From contig NC_043025.1 in NCBI RefSeq assembly GCF_006345805.1, positions 11,780,001 through 11,844,000 on the forward strand: a stretch of 64,000 nucleotides of DNA, given 5' to 3'. The stretch's first letter is position 1, and each line of letters begins with the position of its first letter. Positions 37,346 to 48,657 of the stretch are shown here, one piece after another. Origin of the DNA: Octopus sinensis. Its lineage: Eukaryota. The translations under genes were made by a program, and so were the position numbers. Below the pieces are notes generated by a model, which made no database searches, was not told where the DNA came from, and saw only the letters and a list, made by a program, of their open reading frames with translations.

Positions 37346-40274
37346 TAAATAATAATAAAATAATAATGAAATTATTGTATACAGTGCTCAGGTGCACCAC
37401 AACTTGTCAGAAAGTGCATATAAAGTACATGCAGTAATGTAGAAATGTCTGGAAAGTGAGCATGCTTGTGTGTGTATGGAGGGGAGGAAATCAAGTGTAG
37501 TGTTGGCGAATCTCAGGAAGCATGGAAGTTTTGAAGGATGCAGTGCTCCGACAACTAACAACCGATGCCGGCAGTTTGTTCCATGCTTCAGTGTGTGATG
37601 GGAGGGAGAAAATCAAGTGTAGTGTTGGCGAATCTCAGGAAGCATGGAAGTTTTGAAGATGCAGTGCTCCAACAACTAACAACCGATGCCGGCAGTTTGT
37701 TCCACGCTTCAGCGTGTGTATGGAGGGGAGAAAATCAAGTGTAGTGTTGGCGAATCTCAGGAAGCATGGAAGTTTTGAAGGATGCAGTGCTCCAACAACT
37801 AACAACCGATGCCGGCAGTTTGTTCCATGCTTCAGCGTGTGTATGGAGGGGAGAAAATCAAGTGTAGTGTTGGCGAATCTCAGGAAGCATGGAAGTTTTG
37901 AAGGATGCAGTGCTCCAACAACTAACAACCGATGCCGGCAGTTTGTTCCACGCTTCAGCGTGTGTATGGAGGGGAGAAAATCAAGTGTAGTGTTGGCGAA
38001 TCTCAGGAAGCATGGAAGTTTTGAAGGATGCAGTGCTCCAACAACTAACAACCGATGCGGCAGTTTGTTCCACGCTTCAGCGTGTGTATGGAGGGGAGAA
38101 AATCAAGTGTAGTGTTGGCGATCTCAGGAAGCATGGAAGTTTTGAAGGATGCAGTGCTCCAACAAATAACAACCGATGCCGGCAGTTTTGTTCCCCACGC
38201 TTCAGCGTGTGTATGGAGGGGAGAAAATCAAGTGTAGTGTTGGCGAATCTCAGAAGCATGGAAGTTTTGAAGGATGCAGTGCTCCAACAACTAACAACCG
38301 ATGCCGGCAGTTTGTTCCACGCTTCAGCGTGTGTATGGAGGGGAGAAAATCAGTTGTAGTGTTGGCGAATCTCAGAAGCATGGAAGTTTTGAAGGATGCA
38401 GTGCTCCGACAACTAACAACTGATGCCGGCAGTTTGTTCCACGCTTCAGTCAGCTGTGTATGGAGGGGAGAAAATCAGGTGTAGTGTTGGCGAATCTCAG
38501 GAAGCATGGAAGTTTTGAAGGATGCAGTGCTCCGACAACTAACAACTGATGCCGGCAGTTTGTTCCATGCTTCAGCGTGTGTATGGAGGGGAGAAAATCA
38601 AGTGTAGTGTTGGCGAATCTCAGGAAGCATGGAAGTTTTTGAAGGGCAGTGCTCCGACAACTAACAACCGATGCCGGCAGTTTGTTCCATGCTTCAGCGT
38701 GTGTATGGAGGGGAAAAATCAAGTGTAGTGTTGGCGAATCTCAGGAAGCATGGAAGTTTTGAAGGATGCAGTGCTCCGACAACTAACAACTGATGCCAGC
38801 AGTTTGTTCCATGCTTCAGCGTGTGTATGGAGGGGAGAAAATCAAGTGTAGTGTTGGCGAATCTCAGGAAGCATGGAAGTTTTGAAGGATGCAGTGCTCC
38901 AACAACTAACAACCGATGCCGGCAGTTTGTTCCACGCTTCAGCGTGTGTATGGAGGGGAGAAAATCAAGTGTAGTGTTGGCGAATCTCAGGAAGCATGGA
39001 AGTTTTGAAGGATGCAGTGCTCCAACAACTAACAACCGATGCCGGCAGTTTGTTCCACGCTTCAGCGTGTCTATGGAGGGGAGAAAATCAGGTGTAGTGT
39101 TGGCGAATCTCAGGAAGCATGGAAGTTTTGAAGGATGCAGTGCTCCAACAACTAACAACCGATGCCGGCAGTTTGTTCCATGCTTCAGCGTGTGTATGGA
39201 GGGGAGAAAATCAAGTGTAGTGTTGGCGAATCTCAGGAAGCATGGAAGTTTTGAAGGATGCAGTGCTCCGACAACTAACAACTGATGCCGGCAGTTTGTT
39301 CCACGCTTCAGCGTGTGTATGGAGGGGAGAAAATCAAGTGTAGTGTTGGCGAATCTCAGGAAGCATGGAAGTTTTGAAGGATGCAGTGCTCCGACAACTA
39401 ACAACTGATGCCGGCAGTTTGTTCCACGCTTCAGCGTGTGTATGGAGGGGAGAAAATCAAGTGTAGTGTTGGCGAATCTCAGGAAGCATGGAAGTTTTGA
39501 AGGATGCAGTGCTCCGACAACTAACAACTGATGCCGGCAGTTTGTTCCATGCTTCAGCGTGTGTATGGAGGGGAGAAAATCAAGTGTAGTGTTGGCGAAT
39601 CTCAGGAAGCATGGAAGTTTTGAAGGATGCAGTGCTCCGACAACTAACAACTGATGCCAGCAGTTTGTTCCATGCTTCAGCGTGTGTATGGAGGGGAGAA
39701 AATCAAGTGTAGTGTTGGCGAATCTCAGGAAGCATGGAAGTTTTGAAGGATGCAGTGCTCCAACAACTAACAACCGATGCCGGCAGTTTGTTCCACGCTT
39801 CAGCGTGTGTATGGAGGGGAGAAAATCAAGTGTAGTGTTGGCGAATCTCAGAAGCATGGAAGTTTTGAAGGATGCAGTGCTCCAACAACTAACAACCGAT
39901 GCCGGCAGTTTGTTCCACGCTTCAGCGTGTCTATGGAGGGGAGAAAATCAGGTGTAGTGTTGGCGAATCTCAGGAAGCATGGAAGTTTTGAAGGATGCAG
40001 TGCTCCAACAACTAACAACCGATGCCGGCAGTTTGTTCCATGCTTCAGCGTGTGTATGGAGGGGAGAAGATCAGGTGTAGTGTTGGCGAATCTCAGGAAG
40101 CATGGAAGTTTTGAAGGATGCAGTGCTCCGACAACTAACAACTGATGCCGGCAGTTTGTTCCACGCTTCAGCAACTCTCAGCGTGAAAAAATGTTTCCTG
40201 AAGTCATGGAAGGAGCTTTGCTGTTTTCTTACTTTGTAAATATGTCCACGGGTGTTAGATGGGTGGAGTTTGAA
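37346..40274 (-). mobile_element. Short CR1-type 3' fragment inflated by an internal tandem array
   Basis: 37360-37460 matches the LINE tail at 33848-33940; 40170-40272 matches 34090-34190; poly(TAT) tail at 37346. Confidence 0.88.
37470..40172. repeat. 123-bp tandem array (~22 units) derived from the CR1 ORF end and 3' UTR
   Basis: The unit GTGTGTATGGAGGGGAGAAAATC...TTCCACGCTTCAGC repeats at ~123-bp spacing; 41-aa periodicity is visible in ORF 38694-39857. Confidence 0.97.
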
Positions 40275-40739
40275 GAAGTTTAAAACTTTTTAATTACGTG
40301 GAAATTATTTAAAAAAACTGCTGTTCAAGCCGAAAAGATCCTATTAATAATTATTATAATCGCTTACAGAACCTTTTTCCCAAATTTTAAGCCCCCAAAA
40401 TTTGAGCCTTTTTTTGTCTAAAATTAGGTTTAAAAAATATGGGTGTTTCTTCTACTTGGATAGTATTATAATCTCTTACAGCACCTTCTTTCCGAATTTT
40501 AAGCCCCCCAAAATTATGGGGTTCCTTATATATACGTTAAAATAGGGTAATTCGAGATATTCGGCTGCTATTTCTAGCACGTCCAGTGACCACTTAGCGC
40601 TATAATACCGTGGCCTTTGTTGTGCTGTCAATTAGTTTTGTTATTCTTAGATATAGAACACATCACATGATCGCACACACACGCACACACCTCATACGCA
40701 ATCATCACATGACATATTCTCATAGTCTCTCCGCGCGCA

Positions 40740-41080
40740 CACACACACATACACACACACACATACACACACACATACACACACACACACATACACACAC
40801 ACACAACACATACACACACACACATACACACACACATACACACACATACAACACCACACACACACACATACACACACACATACACACACACACATACACA
40901 CATACACACACACACATACACACACATACACACACACACACACACATACACACACATTCTCAAATTTATCTCAATTCCGTTCCTCTTTCCCTCTTCAATC
41001 TCACATTGGTTTCGACTTTCACACTCTTCCTCCTCCTCCTCCCTTCTCATATTTTTTCTCTTTCTTTTTTTTCCCCCTCG

Positions 41081-41117
<37 letters not shown>

Positions 41118-41602
41118 TCCCCTTCTCTTCATTTTCTTTCTTTCTTTCCCTCGTCCTTTTTTCTCTCTCTCCTTTCCCCTCTCTTATTTTTCTTTGTTTC
41201 TTTCCCTCGTCCTTTTCTCTCTCTCTCCCTTCCCCTTCTCATATTTTTTTTCTTTCTTTCTTTCCCTCGTCCTTTTCTCTCTCTCTCCCTTCCCCTTCTC
41301 ATATTTTTTTTCTTTCTTTCTTTCCCTCGTCCTTTTCTCTCTCCTCTCTCTCCCTTCCCCTTCTCATATTTTTTTTCTTTCTTTCTTTCCCTCGTCCTTT
41401 TCTCTCTCTCTCCCTTCCCCTTCTCTTAATTCATTTTTTTTCTTTCTTTCTTTCCCTCGTCCTTTTCTCTCTCTCTCCCTTCCCCTTCTCATAATACATT
41501 TTTTTTCTTTCTTTCTTCTCCCGTCGTCCTTTTTCTCTCTCTCTTCTCTACCTCCCTTCCCCTCTCATATTTTATTCTTTCTTTTTTCCCTTCCCTTCGT
41601 TC

Positions 41603-41637
<35 letters not shown>

Positions 41638-42065
41638 CTCCCCCTTCCCCTTCTCTTCATTTTCTTTCTTTTTTCCCCTCCTGCTTTTTCTCTCCTCTCG
41701 CTCGCTCTCTCCCCTTCTTCCCCTTCTCATATTTATTTTCTTTCTTCCCTTGTTTTTCTTTTTCTCCTCCTCTCGCCTCCCTTCTCATATTTTTTTTCTT
41801 TTCCCCCCCTCGACCTTTTCTTTCTCTCTTTTCCTCTCCTCTCCCTCCCTTCCCCTTCTCTTCATTTTCTTTCTTCCTTTCCCTCCCTCCGTCCTTTTCT
41901 CTCTCTCTCTCCCTTCTCAAATATTTTTCTCGTTGTTTCTTTCCCTTGTTCTTTTCTCTCTCTCTCTCTCTCTCTCTCTCCCTTCCTCTTCTCATATTTC
42001 TTCTTTCCTTCCCTCCTCCTTTCCTCCCTCTCTCTCTCCCTTTCCCTTCTCATATTTCTCTCTCT
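40740..42065. repeat. (AC)n followed by a CT-rich low-complexity tract with ~60-bp subrepeats
   Basis: TTTCCCTCGTCCTTTTCTCTCTCTCTCCCTTCCCCTTCTC recurs. Confidence 0.9.
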
Positions 42066-42111
42066 CTCTCTTTCTCCTCTCCCTAAACTTTCTCACAGCC
42101 ACTCCTGCGCC

Positions 42112-42151
<40 letters not shown>

Positions 42152-42152
<1 letters not shown>

Positions 42153-42714
42153 TTGGAACCTACATACACTGGAAGCTATGCCAACATTATGGAATAACAA
42201 CAGAAAAAAGATGGTATAGGCACACAGCAGAAAAGGTCACAGAAAACAAGAAAGCAACCATACTCTGGGATATGCCGATACACACAGATAGAGAAATTAA
42301 GGCCAACAGACCAGATATAGTTGTCAGAGATCATGAAGAAAAAAAATGCTTTCTAATTGATGTGTCAATACCGGCAGATGACAACGTGTCTCTAAAAGAA
42401 ATGGAGAAACTTTCAAAATACAAAGACCTGGAAATAGAGGTAACCAGAATGTGGAATCTAAAAGCAGAAACAATTCCTATCATAGTAGGTGCATTAGGCA
42501 TGATAAAAAAATATTCAGACAAATACATAACAAAAACACCAGGACTTACAAACACATATAACATACAGAAAATTGCACTACTAGGCACTGCACACATCCT
42601 ACGCAGAACACTTTCCATACAGTAACCATCAGAGCATCACAGCACATACCCAAGGCACACAGAACTGTCCTTGGTGGTGCAGTGAAAGCACGCTATAAAA
42701 TAAAACTACTGAAC

Positions 42715-42760
<46 letters not shown>

Positions 42761-43330
42761 TTAATAATAAATGCCCTGATGCAGTACCAGGCAGTGGCTC
42801 TCGTGGCTTCTGATCTTAACTGATTGGAAGTGTTATCATGTACATTGTTTTGCCTTGGTATAAAAGATGGGCTACAGCAAATATTCTGCTCAATACCACA
42901 GATTTGCTTGTCAGTTGTTTGACCTTAACCAGTTGAGCATGTCCCTTAGTGGCTGACGATATGTGCATCTCTGATCACGAGCAGAAATAGTGGGGGAGCA
43001 TCATAGCCATGTGTTGAGAGGGATTCTTTGGAGTTTGGATAATTCACCCCTGGAAAAATGGGTGGTTTGTTCAACATCCTTAAACAATCCTTATTCAGGG
43101 ACCTTTTGAGCGGGATGGGCTACTCGACCAGAAGAAAATTCTAACTGGGCCCCACCTGCAGGGTCATGCGCTGTTTATCTTTTTATGAGATCACCATGTC
43201 GCGCACATATGGTTGTGATGCATGTGCCTGGTGTACCCTTATTAGACGTGTAGTCATGATGGGTATACTGGGATTCATATATTTGTACCCCAGTGTCACT
43301 TTAATGGCATGCACTGCTCTCTCACTCAAT
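42152..43330 (+). mobile_element. R4/Dong-clade 3' end, (TAA)n and a ~560-bp downstream module
   Basis: ORF 42272-42625 with RPDIVV..CFLIDVSIP..KLSKYKDL..PIIVGALG..ALLGTAHILRR (restriction-like endonuclease C-terminus). Flanked by (TAA)n; followed by module 42772-43330. Confidence 0.88.
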
Positions 43331-43514
43331 AATGATAATAATTCTTTCTACTAAAGGCACAAGGTCTGAAATTTTGAAGAACGGGATGGCCGATTAAATT
43401 GACCCCAGTGTATCACTGGTACTGGTACTTAATTGATCGACTCCGAAAAGATAAAAGGCAAAGTTGTCCTCGGTGGAGTTTGAACTCAGAACGTAAGGGC
43501 AGATAAAATACATG

Positions 43515-43557
<43 letters not shown>

Positions 43558-44631
43558 TATACATACATACATATATATACATGTTCGTGTGGAGGCGCAA
43601 TGGCCTAGTTAGGGCAGCGGACTCGCGGTCGTAGGATCGCGGTTTCGATTCCCAGACCGGGCTTTGTGAGTGTTTATTGAGCTCCACGATGCTCCTGCAG
43701 GGGGTGGTGGTGACCCCTGCTGTACTCTTTCGCCACAACTTTCTCTCACTCTTTCTTCTGTTAGCCTATTCGCTTAGCCAAGCGAGGTGGGCGTCATTTG
43801 AAGGCTAAAACAATGCGAAGCGCATTGTGACCAGCGATGTGCAACAACATCTAATAGCCTGGTCGGTCACGGTGATCACGGTGATATATATATGTGTACG
43901 AGTGAATTGCCGGGCCGACACACACACACACCACACACACACACACATTACTGTATGATACAAAACTGATTACGGACACATAGGCGCAGGATTGGCTGTG
44001 TGGTAAGTAGCTTGCTAACCAACCACATGGTTTCGGGTTCAGTCCCACTACGTGGCATCTTGGGCAAGTGTCTTCTGCTATAGCCCCGGGCCGACCAATG
44101 CCTTGTGAGTGGATTTGGTAGACGGAAACTGAAAGAAGCCTGTCGTATATATGTATATATATATATGCAGGAGTGGCTGTGTGGTAAGTAGATTGCTTAC
44201 CAACCACATGGTTCTGGGTTCAGTCCCACTGCGTGGCATCTTGGGTAAGTGTCTTCTACTATAGCCTCGGGCCGACCAAAGCCTTGTAAGTGGATTTGGT
44301 AGACGGAAACTGAAAGAAGCCTGTCGTATATATGTATGTGTTTGTGTGTCTGTGTTTGTCCCCCTAGCATTGCTTGACAACCGATGCCGGTATGTTTACG
44401 TCCCCGTTACTTAGCGGTTCGGCAAAAGAGAACCGATAGAATAAGTACTGGGCTTACAAAAAAGAATAAGTCCCGGGGTCGATTTGCTCGACTAAAAAAG
44501 GCGGTGCTGCAGCATGGCCGCAGTCAAATGACCGAAACAAGTAAAAGAGTAAAAAGAGTAGACACACACACACGTGATATAATTTAAAGTCCCCGCACAC
44601 ACCCGCACACACACACTCACACAGAGGCACC

Positions 44632-44837
44632 TATATAAAGACAACCTGCAAGTGAGAAGAAGAACTCGGTAAAACATCAGCCCAGGCTGCGAGTTGTCAT
44701 ACAATAAGTGAGTCAGATAGTCGGAAGAGACAAAGCGAAAAACTATCAGTTGCTGATACGATTTCACAGGGAGAGAAATACTTGATATTACGTTCTTCTT
44801 TCTTTTTTATTTTTGCCGAAAAACATTCTTGGTAAGT
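44632..44837 (+). promoter_or_regulatory. Candidate TATA promoter and non-coding first exon of the carboxypeptidase gene
   Basis: Non-repetitive island with TATATAAAG (44632), TGAGTCA AP-1-like site (44709), TCAGTT Inr-like motif (44746) and a consensus donor TTG|GTAAGT (44832). The first coding exon has an acceptor 8 nt before its ATG, which suggests an upstream UTR exon. The link is inference. Confidence 0.35.
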
Positions 44838-44898
44838 CGTCCTTCCTTCAGCCTTTACCAATACATACCTACATACATCCATATATATATATATATAT

Positions 44899-45005
44899 AT
44901 TTATTTTATAGAAGGAGCTTCTACAGAGCTAGAACTGTTTCATTCAAAATCAGATTTTGAATGAAACAGTTCTAGTTCTGTAGAAGCTCCTTCTATAAAA
45001 TAAAT
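44899..45005. repeat. Near-perfect 53-bp-arm palindrome
   Basis: Arms 44899-44951 and 44953-45005, 1-nt loop, one G:T mismatch. Confidence 0.95.
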
Positions 45006-45075
45006 TAATTTACTCTGCTATGTATTGAGTACCTTATTTACTGTGGTTAACCCCGACTCAACCCAGGACCTACAT

Positions 45076-45109
<34 letters not shown>

Positions 45110-45279
45110 GGGATGGCATTATTAAAATACCATCTCAAGTGGTAAGCGAATTATCGGCCGGACAGGCAAATTAATAAAATATATACATAGAATATCAGAT
45201 ATGTACAAATATATGTACATATCTAATATTGTATGTATATATCTGTTATATATATATATATATTAGAATTTTGATATTG

Positions 45280-45325
<46 letters not shown>

Positions 45326-45720
45326 TAAGGGTAGAGATTGATATTTATCAGTTAAGACCAGTGGTCTAGCATATTAAAAACGAATCCGAAGATTAAAATA
45401 TTTATATATACCAATTAAGGACTGAACACGAAAAGTGGACAGTCAACATGCTAGATATAGACGTCAAATCGTCATGCTCCACAAAAGATTACGTTCTCAG
45501 ATCAAACTCAGCACAAAACCATAGCAATAAACATATATATATATATATACATACGGCCTTATAGGCTAATATCAATATTGAAATTCTAATATATATGTGT
45601 GTGTGAATTTAAAATGAAGGTGAGAAATTAGATATTGATTTAATTGACATCGATTTCACAGCAGTGGTCTAGCATATAAAAAAAACAAACTGAAGGTACA
45701 GTAAAATTGTATTATATACG

Positions 45721-46002
45721 TATTAGAGGGAAACCACTATGTGGACAACCCTTATGCTAGAAATAGATCCGCTGTGGTCTTACCACTAAGAAATGCTCTC
45801 AAGAAAAATTTAGCAAAACAACCAAAAATGTAATGTATGCAAATAATCCATATTTATATTGATAAAAATCTTTTTTTCTGGTTCGATTACGTTTTGGTTG
45901 TTTTGCTAAATTTTTCTTGAGAACATTTCTTAGTGGTAAGACCATAGCGGATCGGATCTATTTCTAGCATAAGGGTATCCACATAGTGGTTTCCCTCTAA
46001 TA
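45721..46002. repeat. Foldback with ~115-bp arms
   Basis: 45721-45834 is inverted relative to 45886-46002. Confidence 0.92.
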
Positions 46003-46796
46003 TATATATATATATAATCCGAAAATGTACAATATTAGGTAAATTTTTATATTAACACCCGCACGATTATTCACTAATTAAAAAAAAAAACTCAGATTTT
46101 TTTTTTTTTTTTGCGTGGAATCGGGTACCCTGGTCACGAGGCCAGGGTACTTTATTCGACGCAAAAAAAAAAATCCGAGTTTTTCATACTATATATCCAT
46201 CACTAAAAGCCCTTAAGTCAGGGAAATACCCACTCAATATATCTGTCAATAGAGTGGGTATATAAATCTAAGTACACATTATTATATATCCGTTACGCCC
46301 TTTTACACACATGCACACACACACACACGCACACTTTATTTTGCCCTTTTATAAAACTTTTTTTTACGGTTTATGACCTCAAACGTACACAAACACTTCA
46401 TTCACACACATACACCATCTATCTGCCTATCTATCTATATGTGATTTATTACTAACACTAATCTATAATCAATAAATTGCATTAATTAACGGATTAATTA
46501 ATATGTCTGTGTGTTACACACAGACACACACGCATTTGTACATAAGGCTATAATTGCTAAAATTGTCCTAAAAGTAACCGCTTTGCGGTAGTTCTAGCTT
46601 TCTGGTTTAATTAATTTTGGTGTTAAGAAGACCCCATGTCTGTGGAATTCTCAGTTGATTGTTTATACATTAATTCCACAGGTAGGAGAGTTTCTTTTGC
46701 TTTTTTTTGGCGGAAAGGTGAATCCTCAACGTCGAGACCGAACTGACAATCCATAACATTACACACGCGAATTATTACCTCTTCGTATCTGAGTAT

Positions 46797-47199
46797 ATCT
46801 TTATATATAAAAGTGAAGTTGTGTGGTGTCTGTCTCCTACGATTTAGATTCCTAACTACTCCCACATTTTGCGGTGCAGTCTAACCAAAAGCAGGTATCT
46901 TATAGTCGTGATTCATATCGAGCCCTTCTGGGTATTAGCGCGCGTCTACGATGAGTCTACGATTTAAAAAAGAAATTACCATCATTTTTTCCCATTTTGA
47001 TGCATTTTTTTCGCTATTATATAAGGGAAGTAACTCTCTAAAAATGTCTACGATGAGTCAACGATCTAAAAAAAAATTTACCATAATTTTTTTCCCATAT
47101 TTAATGCATTTTTTTGCTATTTTTTGGCTATAACTCTCTAAAAATGCTTATATAGTTATTTCCCTTACAAATCCGAGCAACGCCGGGCGATACTGCTAT
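46797..47199 (-). mobile_element. HINE-like element (subfamily C)
   Basis: Ends TCCGAGCAACGCCGGGCGATACTGCTA; has an internal duplicated GAGTCTACGAT..AAAA..TTACCAT block. Confidence 0.7.
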
Positions 47200-47421
47200 T
47201 TATATATATGCAAGAATTTTGCAAATCGTACAAAAACGAGGTGTGTGTGTATTATAACTGTTGAGAAAACCGGTTCTGCATTTTCTTGCAGCACACCTTG
47301 TACAGGTTATTTGTTTATTGTGATCAAACGTTAGCGGTGTACAAGAGCTCACTGCCAACGTTACGGTGTGTTACACGTCAGATGTCCGTGTGGTCACTGA
47401 GGAATGTCAAATGAAGTGTAT

Positions 47422-48020
47422 TATTTCTTTACTACCCACAAGGGGCCAAACACAGAGGGGACAAACAAGGACAGACAAACGGATTAAGTCGATTACGTCG
47501 ACCCCAGTGCATAACTGGTACTTAATTTATCGACCCCGAAAGGATGAAAGGCAAAGTCGACCTCGGCGGAATTTGAACTCGGGATGTAACAGCAGATGAA
47601 ATACCTATTTCTTTACTACCCACAGGGGGCTAAACATAGAGAAGACAAACAAGGACAGACATAAGTATTAAGTCGATTACATCGACCCCAGTGCGTAACT
47701 GGTACTTAATTTATCGACCCCGAAAGGATGAAAGGCAAAGTTGACCTCGGCGGAATTTGAACTCAGAACGTAGCGATGGACGAAATACCTATTTCTTTAC
47801 TACCCACAAGGGGCTAAACACAGAGGGGACAAACAAGGACAGACAAACGGATTAAGTCGATTACGTCGACCCCAGTGCGTAACTGATACTTAATTTATCG
47901 ACCCCGAAAGGACGAAAGGCAAAGTCGACCTCGGCGGAATTCGAACTCAGAACGTAACTGCAGACGAAATACCGCTAAGCATTTCGCCCGGCGTGCTAAC
48001 GATCTTGCCAGCTCACTGCC
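47422..48020 (-). mobile_element. SINE family 3, tandem trimer
   Basis: Units at 47422, 47606 and 47790 (184-bp period); head at 47965-48020. Confidence 0.88.
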
Positions 48021-48177
48021 CTAGAAACGAAGTGTATTGAACTAGAACACATTGCATAACCTTGAAGCCGCCATTTGGGCGGCATTCCGGCTAGCTCCTG
48101 CGGAAGGCACTCTTGAGGTCTTTGGCCCCACTATCGCAGCCCTCTACCCTTGTGTAATAAAACTTACTTCTGCAAAC

Positions 48178-48560
48178 GTGGAGGCGCAATGGCCCAGTGG
48201 TTAGGGCAGCGGACTCGCGGTCGTAGGATCGCGGTTTCGATTCCCAGACCGGGCGTTGTGAGTGTTTATTGAGCGAAAACACCTAAAAGCTCCACGAGGC
48301 TCTGGCAGGGATGGTGGTGATCCCTGCTGTACTCTTTCACCACAACTTTCTCTCACTCTTACTTCCTGTTTCTGTTGTACCTGTATTTCAAAAGGGCCGG
48401 CCTTGTCACTCTCTGTGTCACGCTGAATATCCCCGAGAACTACGTTAAGGGTACACGTGTCTGTGGAGTGCTCAGCCACTTACACGTTAATTTCACGAGC
48501 AGGCTGTTCCGTTGATTCGGATCAACCGGAACCCTCGTCGTCGTAACCGACGGAGTGCTA
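48178..48560 (+). mobile_element. tRNA-derived SINE family 2, full length (representative)
   Basis: GGAGGCGCAATGGCCCAGTGGTTAGGGCAGCGG (A box) and GGTTTCGATTCC (B box). Related copies at ~3400-4005(-), 5930-6225(-), 7350-7480(-), 21060-21380(-), 43589, 54430-54765(-), 56185 and 56575. Confidence 0.88.
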
Positions 48561-48657
48561 ACATTCCATATACAGCACCAAGGCTGATCATAGTTTAATG
48601 CATAAGTGTAGGAGCAAGGTAAATGGAGTAAAAACAGTGGGGTCTGTAGGGCCTCAT

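Larger units (their letters stand above)
36985..40341 (-). mobile_element. GGATCTTTTC-terminated MITE split by the CR1 insertion
   Basis: Left part 36985-37345 and right part 40273-40341 together reconstruct the element seen intact at 29246-29657; AAGAA is duplicated at the insertion. Confidence 0.85.

Noticed and set aside
38694-39857. 387-aa ORF with 41-aa repeats
   Set aside because: A by-product of a 123-bp (divisible by 3) tandem unit read out of the LINE frame; no sign of a gene structure.
48178-48260. tRNA genes
   Set aside because: The A/B-box heads continue into SINE bodies and occur in many diverged copies.
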